From NCBI GenBank assembly GCA_963695545.1, contig OY968796.1, positions 320,001-384,000 of the forward strand: a stretch of 64,000 nt of DNA, read 5' to 3'. The first letter of the stretch is position 1. Each line of letters opens with the position of its first letter. This DNA comes from Terriglobia bacterium. Lineage in GTDB: Bacteria; Acidobacteriota; Terriglobia; Acidiferrales; UBA7541. Position numbers and translations under genes: made by a program. Positions 26,899 to 36,032 of the stretch are shown here, one piece after another. Under the pieces are notes generated by a model. The model saw only the letters and a list, made by a program, of their open reading frames with translations. It ran no database searches and was not told the origin of the DNA.

Positions 26899-27699
26899 TT
26901 ACTTCGTCGGATCGCTTTTGGAGGCCCCAACTTCGGCCAGGCGCTTCTGCATCTCCGCGTGGATACGCGCGTTCGATGCGACCATGTCAGGGTCGCCCGG
27001 GCGATGCGGCGCCCCGCCGGCAAATGGCGTCACGCTGCCGCCCGCCTCGCGCACCAGAAGCGCGCCTGCGGCAGTGTCCCACGAGCGCAGACCAAATTCC
27101 CAGAAGCCGTCAAATCGGCCGCACGCCACCGACGCCAAATCCAACGCGGCCGATCCATCGCGGCGGACACCATGAGAGTGCAACGTAAAATCCCAGTAGT
27201 AGCGAATGTTGAGACTCTGTTCGCGCTTGTTGGTCGGAAAACCCGTGGCCACCAGGCTCGTCGCGAGCGTGTCGATCGTCGAAACGTGAATTCGTTTCTG
27301 ATTCAAAAACGCGCCTTCGCCGCGCACCGCGGTGAACATTTCCTGCGCCATTGGGTTGTAAACGGCGGCGACCAAAAGCTCGCCCGCTTCTTCAAGGCCG
27401 ATCGAGACGGCAAAGCACGGATAGCTGTGCGCGTAGTTCGTCGTGCCGTCGAGCGGATCCACATACCACCGAAACGCCGACGCGTTTTCCTGGCCGCCGC
27501 CTTCTTCGGCGACGATGGCGTGCTTCGGGAAATGGTCGCGCAGCCGCGTCACGATCGCTTGCTCGGATCGCTTGTCGGCTTGCGTCACGATGTCCACGTC
27601 GCCCTTGTAAGTGATCTGGCGCGGGCGGTCGAATTCCGCCAGCAGGATGGCTCCGCCTTCGCGCGCCGCTTCGACGGCGACATCGAGATAAGCATTCAT
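26899..27699 (-). CDS. suhB: Inositol monophosphatase family protein
   Basis: WYVDPLDGTTN, RRDGSAALDL and WDTAAG motifs. Confidence 0.93.
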   Translation of the reverse strand: MNAYLDVAVEAAREGGAILLAEFDRPRQITYKGDVDIVTQADKRSEQAIVTRLRDHFPKHAIVAEEGGGQENASAFRWYVDPLDGTTNYAHSYPCFAVSIGLEEAGELLVAAVYNPMAQEMFTAVRGEGAFLNQKRIHVSTIDTLATSLVATGFPTNKREQSLNIRYYWDFTLHSHGVRRDGSAALDLASVACGRFDGFWEFGLRSWDTAAGALLVREAGGSVTPFAGGAPHRPGDPDMVASNARIHAEMQKRLAEVGASKSDPTK

Positions 27700-27789
27700 G
27701 ATTTTGTTCTGGCTCTCCTGATCGCAGCAACCATGATGCCAGAACAACACGCCGGCGCGCGAGCAAATGAACGCGCGGCTGCGCGGCCG

Positions 27790-28758
27790 CTATTCGGGAG
27801 AGATGCCGGTGTAATAGATTTTGCGGGAGTGGACGATGTAATCGCCCGCGACGCGGACTTCGATCGAGCGATACGTGTCTTGCGGCGGCTTCGGATCGGG
27901 ATAGTAGCCCAGGCGATATTGCGTGCGCAGCTCGCGATTGATCAAATCGAACGTCGGACCGAGTTCTTTCAAACTGTCGAGGTAATAAATCGCGCCGCCG
28001 GTTGTATCGGCGATGGTCTCGAGCGCGTGTTCGCCTGCCGTGTTGCGGCCGCCTTCGTTGGTGACGGCGCGCACGCAAATGGTGTAGAGCAGCGCATCGG
28101 CGCGCACCGCGGCGTCGCGGGCCTTGGCGAAGTCTGCGTGGCTGGTGGTTTCTCCCGCGTCGGTGACCAGCACGATCACGCGCCGCCGGCCCGATGGATT
28201 GCGCGCGAGCGCCTGCGAGCCGAGAAACACGGCGTCGTAAAGCGCGGTGCCGGCGCCCGGCTCAAGACGCCGCAACGATCCCTGCAAGTACGCGGTGTCG
28301 CCGGAAAATCCGCCGACCAAATCGACCACATCGGCGAACCCGAATACCGCCATGCGGTCGGTGGGCCGCACGACCTGGTCAATGAACGCCGCCGCGGCCT
28401 GGCGCTCGAATTCGAGCTCCTGCGTTTCGCTCAGGCTGCAATCGATCATCAGCGCCAGATCGAGCGGCGTCTGCGTGTCCGGCTCGAACACTTCGATCTT
28501 CTGCCGCACGCCTTCTTCGTAAATTTCAAATTGATCGGCAGTGAGGCTCGCAGCCGGATGATGATCCTTATCGAGGACGCTCGTGATCACCGTAACGAGG
28601 TCCGCTTCCGCGCGGATCGTGCCGCGCGTGTCAGTGCGTGGCGGCGGGGGCGCCTGCGCCGAATCGAGCGCCGCGCCGCCGCACGAAAGCACCAGCAGCA
28701 GCGCGCAAGCAAGCGACGGCCGCGGACGGATATGCGCCACGATTCGGGCGGGGCTCAA
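27790..28758 (-). CDS. Secreted VWA domain protein (Acidobacterial type)
   Basis: Signal peptide, MIDAS-like DCSLS, TALYDAV, LVTD and TGG motifs, YRLGY. Confidence 0.88.
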   Translation of the reverse strand: MSPARIVAHIRPRPSLACALLLVLSCGGAALDSAQAPPPPRTDTRGTIRAEADLVTVITSVLDKDHHPAASLTADQFEIYEEGVRQKIEVFEPDTQTPLDLALMIDCSLSETQELEFERQAAAAFIDQVVRPTDRMAVFGFADVVDLVGGFSGDTAYLQGSLRRLEPGAGTALYDAVFLGSQALARNPSGRRRVIVLVTDAGETTSHADFAKARDAAVRADALLYTICVRAVTNEGGRNTAGEHALETIADTTGGAIYYLDSLKELGPTFDLINRELRTQYRLGYYPDPKPPQDTYRSIEVRVAGDYIVHSRKIYYTGISPE

Positions 28759-28872
28759 TCTGGATGCGCTCCTTCTTACTCGATGGTGCGAATGGTTTTG
28801 GTGGCGCCAACAGCGCTTAGGGATAGATTCACACGGAGCGAAAAAGGATTGTTCGGCCCCAAGCCGATATGC

Positions 28873-29574
28873 CTACGGCCGCTCGCCGTCGGCCCAGGCG
28901 GCGCCGTCGGCGAAATATTCTTTCTTCCAGATCGGCACGCGGCGCTTCAGCTCGTCAATTCCGAAGCGGCAAGCATCGAACGCCGCGGCACGGTGCGCCG
29001 AACTCACTACCACCAGTACAGCGGTTTCGCCGATCTCGATTCGCCCCAAGCGATGAACCATCGCGGCGCGATCCACGGGGAAACGCCGGCGCATTTCGGC
29101 GATGATCGCGCGCATTCCCGCGAGTGCCATCTCTTCGTAGGCCTCGTACTCAAGATACAGCGTGGCGCGCCCGCCCGAATGGTTGCGCACGATGCCCTCA
29201 AACACGACTTGCGCACCATCCGCCGGCGCCTTGAGCGACGCCGCGATTTCGGCCGTCGCGATCGGCGTGCGTACCAATTGCAAGCGATCTCGTTCTTCGG
29301 CAAGAAGCTCCGCGCCCATGGCGCTATCTTCCCCGCCGCTGACCGGCGGCAGAAACGCCACTTCGTCACCGGCGGCGAGCGCCGCGCCCCACTCGGCGAA
29401 CTGTTGATTCACGGCAGCCGCGGCGGATTCGCGAAACCCGGCAAGCTCGGGATGCTGGTCGCCGTATTGCTTGAAAAGATCTTCGACGCGCGCGCCATCG
29501 GAAATCTGGGCCTCATCTTCGGCCACGCCGACGATCTCCTTGAAGCGGCCGAAGAACAGAACGCGCACAAGCAT
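28873..29574 (-). CDS. moaX: Fused molybdopterin synthase MoaD-MoaE
   Basis: MoaD (VRVLFF...DEVAFLPPVSGG) fused in frame to MoaE (FEGIVR, LEYEAY, HRLG, VPIWKKE). Confidence 0.92.
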   Translation of the reverse strand: MLVRVLFFGRFKEIVGVAEDEAQISDGARVEDLFKQYGDQHPELAGFRESAAAAVNQQFAEWGAALAAGDEVAFLPPVSGGEDSAMGAELLAEERDRLQLVRTPIATAEIAASLKAPADGAQVVFEGIVRNHSGGRATLYLEYEAYEEMALAGMRAIIAEMRRRFPVDRAAMVHRLGRIEIGETAVLVVVSSAHRAAAFDACRFGIDELKRRVPIWKKEYFADGAAWADGERP

Positions 29575-29728
29575 GCCGCTATTCTAGCGCCCGGCACCAG
29601 CCCCCGAGCCAATTTCTTGACGCCGCATCGCGCGCGTCCTTCACTTCATCTCATAAGTAGTGCCAGAACGGGCGACCGCGCCATCTTGGGGATGCGTTCT
29701 TGTCCTGAAAGAAAGGTGCATTAGCGCC

Positions 29729-30643
29729 GTGCGAATTCTCATCTCAGGCTCAAGCGGACTGATCGGCAGCGCGATCTCGGTCGCATTGACGCGCGAGGGG
29801 CACACCGTCGGCCGACTTGTGCGGCCCACAAGTTCGGCGCACTCGACAAGCGCGCAAGTTGGCGATGTGCGTTGGGATCCCGTCGCCGGTGCGTTCGACG
29901 CCGCAGCGGCTGAGGGCACTGACGCCGTCGTGCATTTGGCCGGAGCGTCCATAGCGGGCGGTCGCTGGACGGCAGCTCGCAAGCGATTGCTGCGCACAAG
30001 CCGGATCGAAGCCACGCGACATCTGGTCGAATCGCTCGGCGCGCTCACGCGACCGCCGCGAATTTTTCTCTGCGCCTCGGCCATCGGCTATTTCGGCGAT
30101 CGCGGCGATGAATCGCTCGACGAACAGAGTGCGCCCGGAACGAATTTTCTGGCCAAGCTCACGCAAGATTGGGAACGCGAGCAGGCCGCGGCAGCGCGAT
30201 TCGGCGCGCGCGTCGTGTCCATGCGATTCGGAATCGTGCTCGCGGGAAGCGGCGGAGCTTTGCCGCGCATGGCCATGCCGTTCAAGTTCGGCGCCGGCGG
30301 GCGCTTAGGCTCGGGCCGCCAATGGATGTCCTGGATCGCGTTGAGGGACGTAGTGGGCATCGCGAAATTCGCGCTGGCGAATGCCGCGCTCGCAGGACCG
30401 GTCGACGCCGTGGCGCCCGAGCCCATGCGCAACGCGGATTTCACGCGCGCCCTGGCCGAAGTGCTGCATCGCCCCGCGATCTTCCCCGCCCCGGCGTTCG
30501 CGTTGCGCCTCGCGCTCGGTGAAATGGCCGACGCGCTCTTGCTCTCAAGCCAGCGCGTCTTCCCCCGCCGCCTTCAAGAATCGCGCTACGGGTTCGAGCA
30601 GACCGACCTCCGCGCCGCCCTGCGCGAAGCCCTGGGCCGTTAA
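29729..30643 (+). CDS. TIGR01777 family NAD-dependent epimerase/oxidoreductase (YfcH-like)
   Basis: ILISGSSGLIG, VHLAG, SAIGYFG and GGRLGSGRQWMSWI motifs. Confidence 0.92.
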   Translation: MRILISGSSGLIGSAISVALTREGHTVGRLVRPTSSAHSTSAQVGDVRWDPVAGAFDAAAAEGTDAVVHLAGASIAGGRWTAARKRLLRTSRIEATRHLVESLGALTRPPRIFLCASAIGYFGDRGDESLDEQSAPGTNFLAKLTQDWEREQAAAARFGARVVSMRFGIVLAGSGGALPRMAMPFKFGAGGRLGSGRQWMSWIALRDVVGIAKFALANAALAGPVDAVAPEPMRNADFTRALAEVLHRPAIFPAPAFALRLALGEMADALLLSSQRVFPRRLQESRYGFEQTDLRAALREALGR

Positions 30644-30658
30644 AATGCGCCGCGCTCG

Positions 30659-31525
30659 CTAGAGCGCCTTATAGAGGATGTTTTTGAATTCGACTTTCAT
30701 CGGCGGGCCGACGTGCACTTGCACGCCGAGTTCGCCTTCGAGCTTGCGGCCGACGGGATCATCGTCCACGACGATGCTCATCACTTGGCCGTTGAGAATG
30801 TGAATCAGCACGTTGCCGCGCACGATCAGGAAATAGTGATTCCAATCGTCGCTGCCGTGAATATAGGACGTGAGTTGCTGCGTATCGCCGACCGAGCCGA
30901 TGACCTCCGGAATCTTGCCGGTCTCAATACGCGTCACTTGGCCGCGCAAGGCTAGGAACAGGCGGCCGCGCTCTTCATAGTTCTGGCCGGTGTAGCGCAC
31001 GCCATTGGTGTTGCGTGATTCGCCGTCGATATCGGCTTGGTAGCCGCGCATGACCCACGGCATCCCGGGTACCTCCACGCTGCGGTAATTGATGCCGCTA
31101 TTGCCCTGCGCGGAGATGCGGTAGTCGGCCTTGAGCTCGAAATCGCGCGTGACGCCGCCGCGCCAAATGATGAAGGTGTTGACCTTGAGCAGCGTGTCCG
31201 GCGTTACTTCGCCGACGATGCTGCCATCTTCGACGCGCCAGTATCTCGGATCGCCGTCCCATCCGTTCAGCGTCTTGCCATCGAAGATGGGCACGAAGCC
31301 CGTGTTGTCGTCCATGCCGGAGACCGGCATCTGGTGCTGCGAGGGCACATAGGGCGCTTGCGCCGCGTCGGGTGCGGCGGCCGGCTGCGGCGCGGAAGTT
31401 GGCTGTTCCGCCGGAGCAGTTTGCGGCGTGGGGGCCTGCTGCGCAGTCGAAGTCCAGCCACAGAGAAAAAGTCCGGCGACCGCGGCGGCGAGAAACGGCA
31501 ATGGGCGAAACATTTTGGTTCGCAT
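30659..31525 (-). CDS. DUF1080 (3-keto-disaccharide hydrolase) family secreted protein
   Basis: Signal peptide; FDGKTLNGW, GNSGI and WNHY..NG motifs. Confidence 0.88.
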   Translation of the reverse strand: MRTKMFRPLPFLAAAVAGLFLCGWTSTAQQAPTPQTAPAEQPTSAPQPAAAPDAAQAPYVPSQHQMPVSGMDDNTGFVPIFDGKTLNGWDGDPRYWRVEDGSIVGEVTPDTLLKVNTFIIWRGGVTRDFELKADYRISAQGNSGINYRSVEVPGMPWVMRGYQADIDGESRNTNGVRYTGQNYEERGRLFLALRGQVTRIETGKIPEVIGSVGDTQQLTSYIHGSDDWNHYFLIVRGNVLIHILNGQVMSIVVDDDPVGRKLEGELGVQVHVGPPMKVEFKNILYKAL

Positions 31526-31582
31526 GGGCGGAGTATAGCGCAAGGTGGTTTCGCGCCGTGGCGAGATTGCGCCGAATCAGAA

Positions 31583-31957
31583 TTAGAGATCGAGAAGCGC
31601 GAGCAACTGATCGAGGTTCGATTGGTCGACGAAATAATCGTGGGCGCCGGGAACGAGCTGCTCACTATCGTCAAACACCTGGAACAGGCGCATTTTCGCC
31701 ACGGCGTACTCTTCGGTGCCGCTCAGGGCGCGGCCGGTGCGCGCGGCCCACGCTTCCACAGCGTCGAGGCGCACGAAAATGCGCACGGGAAAAACGGTCT
31801 TGCGATCGGTGGAGACCATGTAGACGTATTCGGTGCCGGAAATTCCCCCGCGGCGAGATTTCTGTACCTCAAAAAAATAGTACTGATAGACGTATCCCGA
31901 TTCGGAGGAATAACTCTTCACGCGGCGGACGGCTTCGGGGCGAGCCATGCCCGGCAT
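31583..31957 (-). CDS. Conserved hypothetical protein
   Basis: RRVKSYSSESGYVYQYYF and EEYAVAKMRLF; coding-like composition. Confidence 0.75.
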   Translation of the reverse strand: MPGMARPEAVRRVKSYSSESGYVYQYYFFEVQKSRRGGISGTEYVYMVSTDRKTVFPVRIFVRLDAVEAWAARTGRALSGTEEYAVAKMRLFQVFDDSEQLVPGAHDYFVDQSNLDQLLALLDL

Positions 31958-32255
31958 CTTCCGCTGGCGCGGCGGCGGCTGTCAATCGGCGACGCGCGCG
32001 TGTCGCGCAACCCCGCTGAGCCAATTTGGAACATGGGCGCGAGTCAAAATGAGAATGGCGTGCGATTTCGCGGCGAGTTTGAATTCGTTTCCACTGCATC
32101 GCCCGCGCTTCAGGGCCGCGGCCGAACTGCGCAACTGCGAGAAATCTTGAGGGTTATCGCGAGAATCAGTGCGCGTGCGCACCGCTCGACAGCGGCCGGA
32201 CGCGCACCGCAAAGCATGGCCGGCACTGGCAGGCGGCTTGCTCTCTCCCCGGGGC

Positions 32256-34010
32256 ATGGGGGAGGTCCCGGCGAGGACGGTGGGGCGCAGAAACCAAGGC
32301 TGCCTGAAAAAATTAGGCACTGTGCTACTCGCTGCGATATCGACGCTGGGGTGCGGCTGCGGGACGGTCGGTTCCGTCGCCACACCGGCTCCTCCCCCGA
32401 CAATTTCTGTGAGCGTAGCGTCGCCGAGCCCGAGCATTTTTCTGGGTGCGATCGTCACGCTGACGCCGAGCGTGACGGGAACCACGAACATCGCGGTCAC
32501 GTGGAGCGTCGATCAAGTGAACGGTGGAAATGCGAGTGTGGGCACGATCACGGCGGGCGGGGTTTACACCGCGCCGGGAATCTTGCCGGCGCCGGCGAGC
32601 GCGACAATCACGGCGACGAGCGCCGCGGATGCCAGCGCGAGCGGAAGCGTTACGCTCGCGATCGCGAGCGGATTCACATTGATCGTCTCCGGGCCGCCCT
32701 CGGTAAATTCCGGCGCGGGAGCGGCGTTTCAAGCGGCGTTCTCGCCCGCGGCGGGCTCGAATCCAAATTTCGGCGTCACGTGGAGCGTTTCGGGGCCGGG
32801 CTGCACGGGCGCGGCATGCGGTTTGATCGCGGGCAACAACTTGGGAACTGAGGAAGCGCCGCAGGCCTCCTATACGGCGCCGACGATTGCGCCGTCACCG
32901 AATTCGGTTGTGGTGACGGCGACGCCGGTGGCCGATCCCACGAAAGCGGCGTCGGCGATCGTAACCATCAATCCAATTGTGCAGGTCGAGATTTTTCCGC
33001 AGTCGGCGCAAGTAGCGCTTGGCGGCACAACGCCATTTCAAGCGAGCGTCACGGGATCGGCGAACACCGCGGTGACGTGGGACGTCAACGGAATCGTCGG
33101 CGGCAATTTGAGCGTCGGCACGATCACGGCTTCGGAGACGATTCCCGATCAGGCGAGTTACACGGCGCCGCTGAACTCGCCGACGGGAGGCTCGGTCGAC
33201 GTCGATGCGCGTAGCAACGCCGAGCCGAGCGTGTTCGCCACGGCCGTGGTGACGATTACGTCGTCGACGCCGCCCACGCTTGCGGCGATCACGTCGCTTG
33301 CACCTTCAAGCGCGACGGCCGGAGCGGCTGGGGGAATTACGCTGAGCGTCACTGGCACGAACTTCGTGCCGTCGGCTCCGGGCCCCGGCTCGACGATTCT
33401 GGTCGGCGGCACGGCACGCGCGACGGATTGCGATTCCGCGACGAACTGCACGACATCGCTCGAGGCTGCAGACCTGGCGAGCGCCGAGCAACTCTCGATC
33501 CAGATGCAAAACCCGGACATGAGCTTGTCGAACAACGTGTCGTTTGTGGTGGTGGCGGCGGGGGCGAACGCTATCGAGATCCCGCTGACGCCTTCGGCTC
33601 CGGCGGCGACGGGCGAAAACATCATGGTGGCCGATCTGAGTACGGACGGATCGTCGGCTCCGGCCGCGGATGTGAACTTGAATATCGTGGCCATCGGTAC
33701 GTTCGACACGACCACAGATACGTGTACGCTGGGCGGAAGTTCGGTGCCGCTGGTGCGGCCTGCGTCGGGTACAGCGACGGTAAATATCTGCGCGTTCTCG
33801 GTAAGTGGGCTCGATCCATCTTACTTGTACACATTGATGGGTCCCGCGCCGGCCGACGTCACGATCGCGGCGACGGCGCCGCTGGGGCTGGGCATCGTGC
33901 AAGTGACGCTTCTGGTGCCGAGCACGGCGGCGACGGGCGCGCGCACGCTGTTCATTCAAAATCCCGCACTGGACATGACGGCCGCGACCGGGGCGCTCGA
34001 GGTGCAATGA
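32256..34010 (+). CDS. Surface (lipo)protein with tandem Ig-like and IPT/TIG domains
   Basis: Repeated VTWSV...G.YTAP...ITAT units, ITSLAPSSA..GTNF IPT motif, lipobox-like LGC. Start uncertain. Confidence 0.82.
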   Translation: MGEVPARTVGRRNQGCLKKLGTVLLAAISTLGCGCGTVGSVATPAPPPTISVSVASPSPSIFLGAIVTLTPSVTGTTNIAVTWSVDQVNGGNASVGTITAGGVYTAPGILPAPASATITATSAADASASGSVTLAIASGFTLIVSGPPSVNSGAGAAFQAAFSPAAGSNPNFGVTWSVSGPGCTGAACGLIAGNNLGTEEAPQASYTAPTIAPSPNSVVVTATPVADPTKAASAIVTINPIVQVEIFPQSAQVALGGTTPFQASVTGSANTAVTWDVNGIVGGNLSVGTITASETIPDQASYTAPLNSPTGGSVDVDARSNAEPSVFATAVVTITSSTPPTLAAITSLAPSSATAGAAGGITLSVTGTNFVPSAPGPGSTILVGGTARATDCDSATNCTTSLEAADLASAEQLSIQMQNPDMSLSNNVSFVVVAAGANAIEIPLTPSAPAATGENIMVADLSTDGSSAPAADVNLNIVAIGTFDTTTDTCTLGGSSVPLVRPASGTATVNICAFSVSGLDPSYLYTLMGPAPADVTIAATAPLGLGIVQVTLLVPSTAATGARTLFIQNPALDMTAATGALEVQ

Positions 34011-34023
34011 GACGAGCGCGCAA

Positions 34024-34614
34024 ATGAACGGTGTGCGCGGAGCGAAAGATCACGGCGTGGCGCGCGCGACGGAACGCGCGGCGCTACTGCTACTTTTCGC
34101 TTTCGCGGGCGCGGCGGGCGCGCGCGCAACAACGCTTGCGCGGATGACACTAGGTCAACTCGCCTCGGCGGCGCAGGTGATCGCGCGGGTGCGCTGCACC
34201 GGCACAGCATCGCGGCGCGAGGAGGGCTCGATTTGGACATTCACAGATTTCAGCGTCGAAGAAGCGTTCAAGGGCGCGCCGGATGCACAGCTCACCATCC
34301 GGCTGCCCGGCGGGCGCGACGGCCATCTGGTGGAAACCGTGGAGGGCGCGCCGCGTTTTGCGGCCGGCGAGGATGCAATTGTTTTTTTTGAGCGCACGCG
34401 CGGCGGTGATTGGTCCATTTCAGCGTGGGCGGAGGGAACATTTCGCATCGCACGCGATCCGGAGACTCGCCGCGAGACAATCACGCAGGATTCGAGCGGC
34501 ATGGCGGTGTTCGATCCGGCGACGCGAACGTTTCGCGCCGAGGGAATCGCGCGCATGCCCATCGCGGAATTTGTTACATCGCTCGATGCCGCGATCGCGC
34601 GCGGCGGCCGCTGA
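34024..34614 (+). CDS. Secreted hypothetical protein
   Basis: Signal peptide then ATTL..., LPGG and GAPRF..GE motifs; stop overlaps the next start. Confidence 0.75.
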   Translation: MNGVRGAKDHGVARATERAALLLLFAFAGAAGARATTLARMTLGQLASAAQVIARVRCTGTASRREEGSIWTFTDFSVEEAFKGAPDAQLTIRLPGGRDGHLVETVEGAPRFAAGEDAIVFFERTRGGDWSISAWAEGTFRIARDPETRRETITQDSSGMAVFDPATRTFRAEGIARMPIAEFVTSLDAAIARGGR

Positions 34615-35852
34615 TGCGCGCCTTCGCGCGGCCTCGGTGCGCCGCACGCGCGGCTTTGCTGACGGCGGCGCTGTTTGCGTGGCAATCCGCGGGCCCCGCG
34701 GCAGCGGGATATTCGTTCAATTATCAGGTGGCGGACATGCGGCAACCGGCCAACATTTCCGGTGGCACGGCCTGCCCGCAGCCGACGCGACAAAACATTT
34801 CAGAGGCGGGTGGAATTCCGATCGAGTGGAGCACGTCACTCGGCACAAATCCGGCGACGATTTTGACGGCGAACCAGACGCCCGCGGGGCAGCTTGCGGA
34901 AATCGCGGGGACGATCGCGGCAGCCTACGCGATATGGACAGGCGTGAGCGGCACCACGCTGGCGCCGTCGGTGTTCGCGCCGCTTGGCAGCACGACGACG
35001 CAAGATGCGTGCAGCCCGACCGACGGCATCGATTCGATCTGCTTCAACCAATCCGACGCCGCGTTCACAACCGGCGTGCTTTCGTTCACGCGCGTGACGA
35101 CGACCGACGCGATTGGGCAGCGGGCGGGGCCCGGGACGCCGGCCGCGACATTCATCGGGCAAATACTGGATGCCGACATACTGTTGCTGCCCGGCGATAG
35201 CGGCGTCGCGTTCGCGACACCAGCGGCGCTCGCGGCGAATCCATCGGCATACGATCTGGAATCGGTGCTGGGCCACGAGATCGGACATACGCTGGGACTG
35301 GGTCATTCGGGCGTGTGGCGCGCGATGATGTCGCCATTCGGGCCAGCGCCCGGCACGTACCTCGGCACGCGGCCGACCGTGAACGAACCCGATGCACCGC
35401 TGGCCGACGACGACCGCGCGGGACTGCGGGCACTTTATCCCGACGCGTCGGACACGACGCACGTCGGCACGATTTCCGGGCGCGTGCTGCCCGCAAATCC
35501 GCTGAGTCTGCCCCCGGGAACGACTGGAGTGTTCGGCGCGCAGGTGGTCGCCGTGGACGCGGGAAGCGGGGCTGTGGAGGCCGCGGCGCTGGGAGGATGG
35601 TCGTGCGTCGATCCGGGACCTGCGCAATTCGACGGATCGTACACGATCGAGAAATTGGCGGTTGGCGCGCAAGAGAACTACGTGATTTACGCCGAGCCGC
35701 TCGATGGGCCGCTCGAGCCTTCCGATGTGCCCGGCGCAACGACGGCGCTGTGCCGGAACGCGCTCACCGATCCTGGCTGGCCCGAGCAATTTGCGTGCGC
35801 CAGCCCGCCGGTGGCGACTGGATTTTCGACGACGATGCTTTCAGGGCCGTGA
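34614..35852 (+). CDS. Secreted matrixin-like (metzincin) metalloprotease
   Basis: HEIGHTLGLGHS zinc motif plus Met-turn (AMMSP); signal peptide. Confidence 0.88.
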   Translation: MRAFARPRCAARAALLTAALFAWQSAGPAAAGYSFNYQVADMRQPANISGGTACPQPTRQNISEAGGIPIEWSTSLGTNPATILTANQTPAGQLAEIAGTIAAAYAIWTGVSGTTLAPSVFAPLGSTTTQDACSPTDGIDSICFNQSDAAFTTGVLSFTRVTTTDAIGQRAGPGTPAATFIGQILDADILLLPGDSGVAFATPAALAANPSAYDLESVLGHEIGHTLGLGHSGVWRAMMSPFGPAPGTYLGTRPTVNEPDAPLADDDRAGLRALYPDASDTTHVGTISGRVLPANPLSLPPGTTGVFGAQVVAVDAGSGAVEAAALGGWSCVDPGPAQFDGSYTIEKLAVGAQENYVIYAEPLDGPLEPSDVPGATTALCRNALTDPGWPEQFACASPPVATGFSTTMLSGP

Positions 35853-35906
35853 AGGACCGTGACGAAGGCGAGAAAAACCCTGCGGGATTCTGCGCGTCGC
35901 GAGCGC

Positions 35907-35948
35907 AAAACGGAAGCGGCTCCGACGGGGGAACATCGGAGCCGCTTC
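35907..35948 (-). terminator. Terminator of pilin cluster 1
   Basis: GAAGCGGCTCCGA...TCGGAGCCGCTTC hairpin followed by a short T-run on the minus strand; paralogous to 40716-40757. Confidence 0.65.
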
Positions 35949-36032
35949 GAATACCCAGCTTCGGGTCACTGGGCTGGATGAATTACATCGCGATGATTCT
36001 TATGGCGGGCTCCAAGTAGAGCCCGCACTTGT

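Noticed and set aside
26959..29724. 921-aa plus-strand ORF
   Set aside because: Antisense shadow of suhB, the VWA gene and moaX; Arg-rich, motif-free, typical of GC-rich DNA.
31037..32851. 604-aa ORF (likewise 10255-11841, 50703-51746 and many similar)
   Set aside because: They overlap well-supported genes in other frames or strands and have no recognisable domains.
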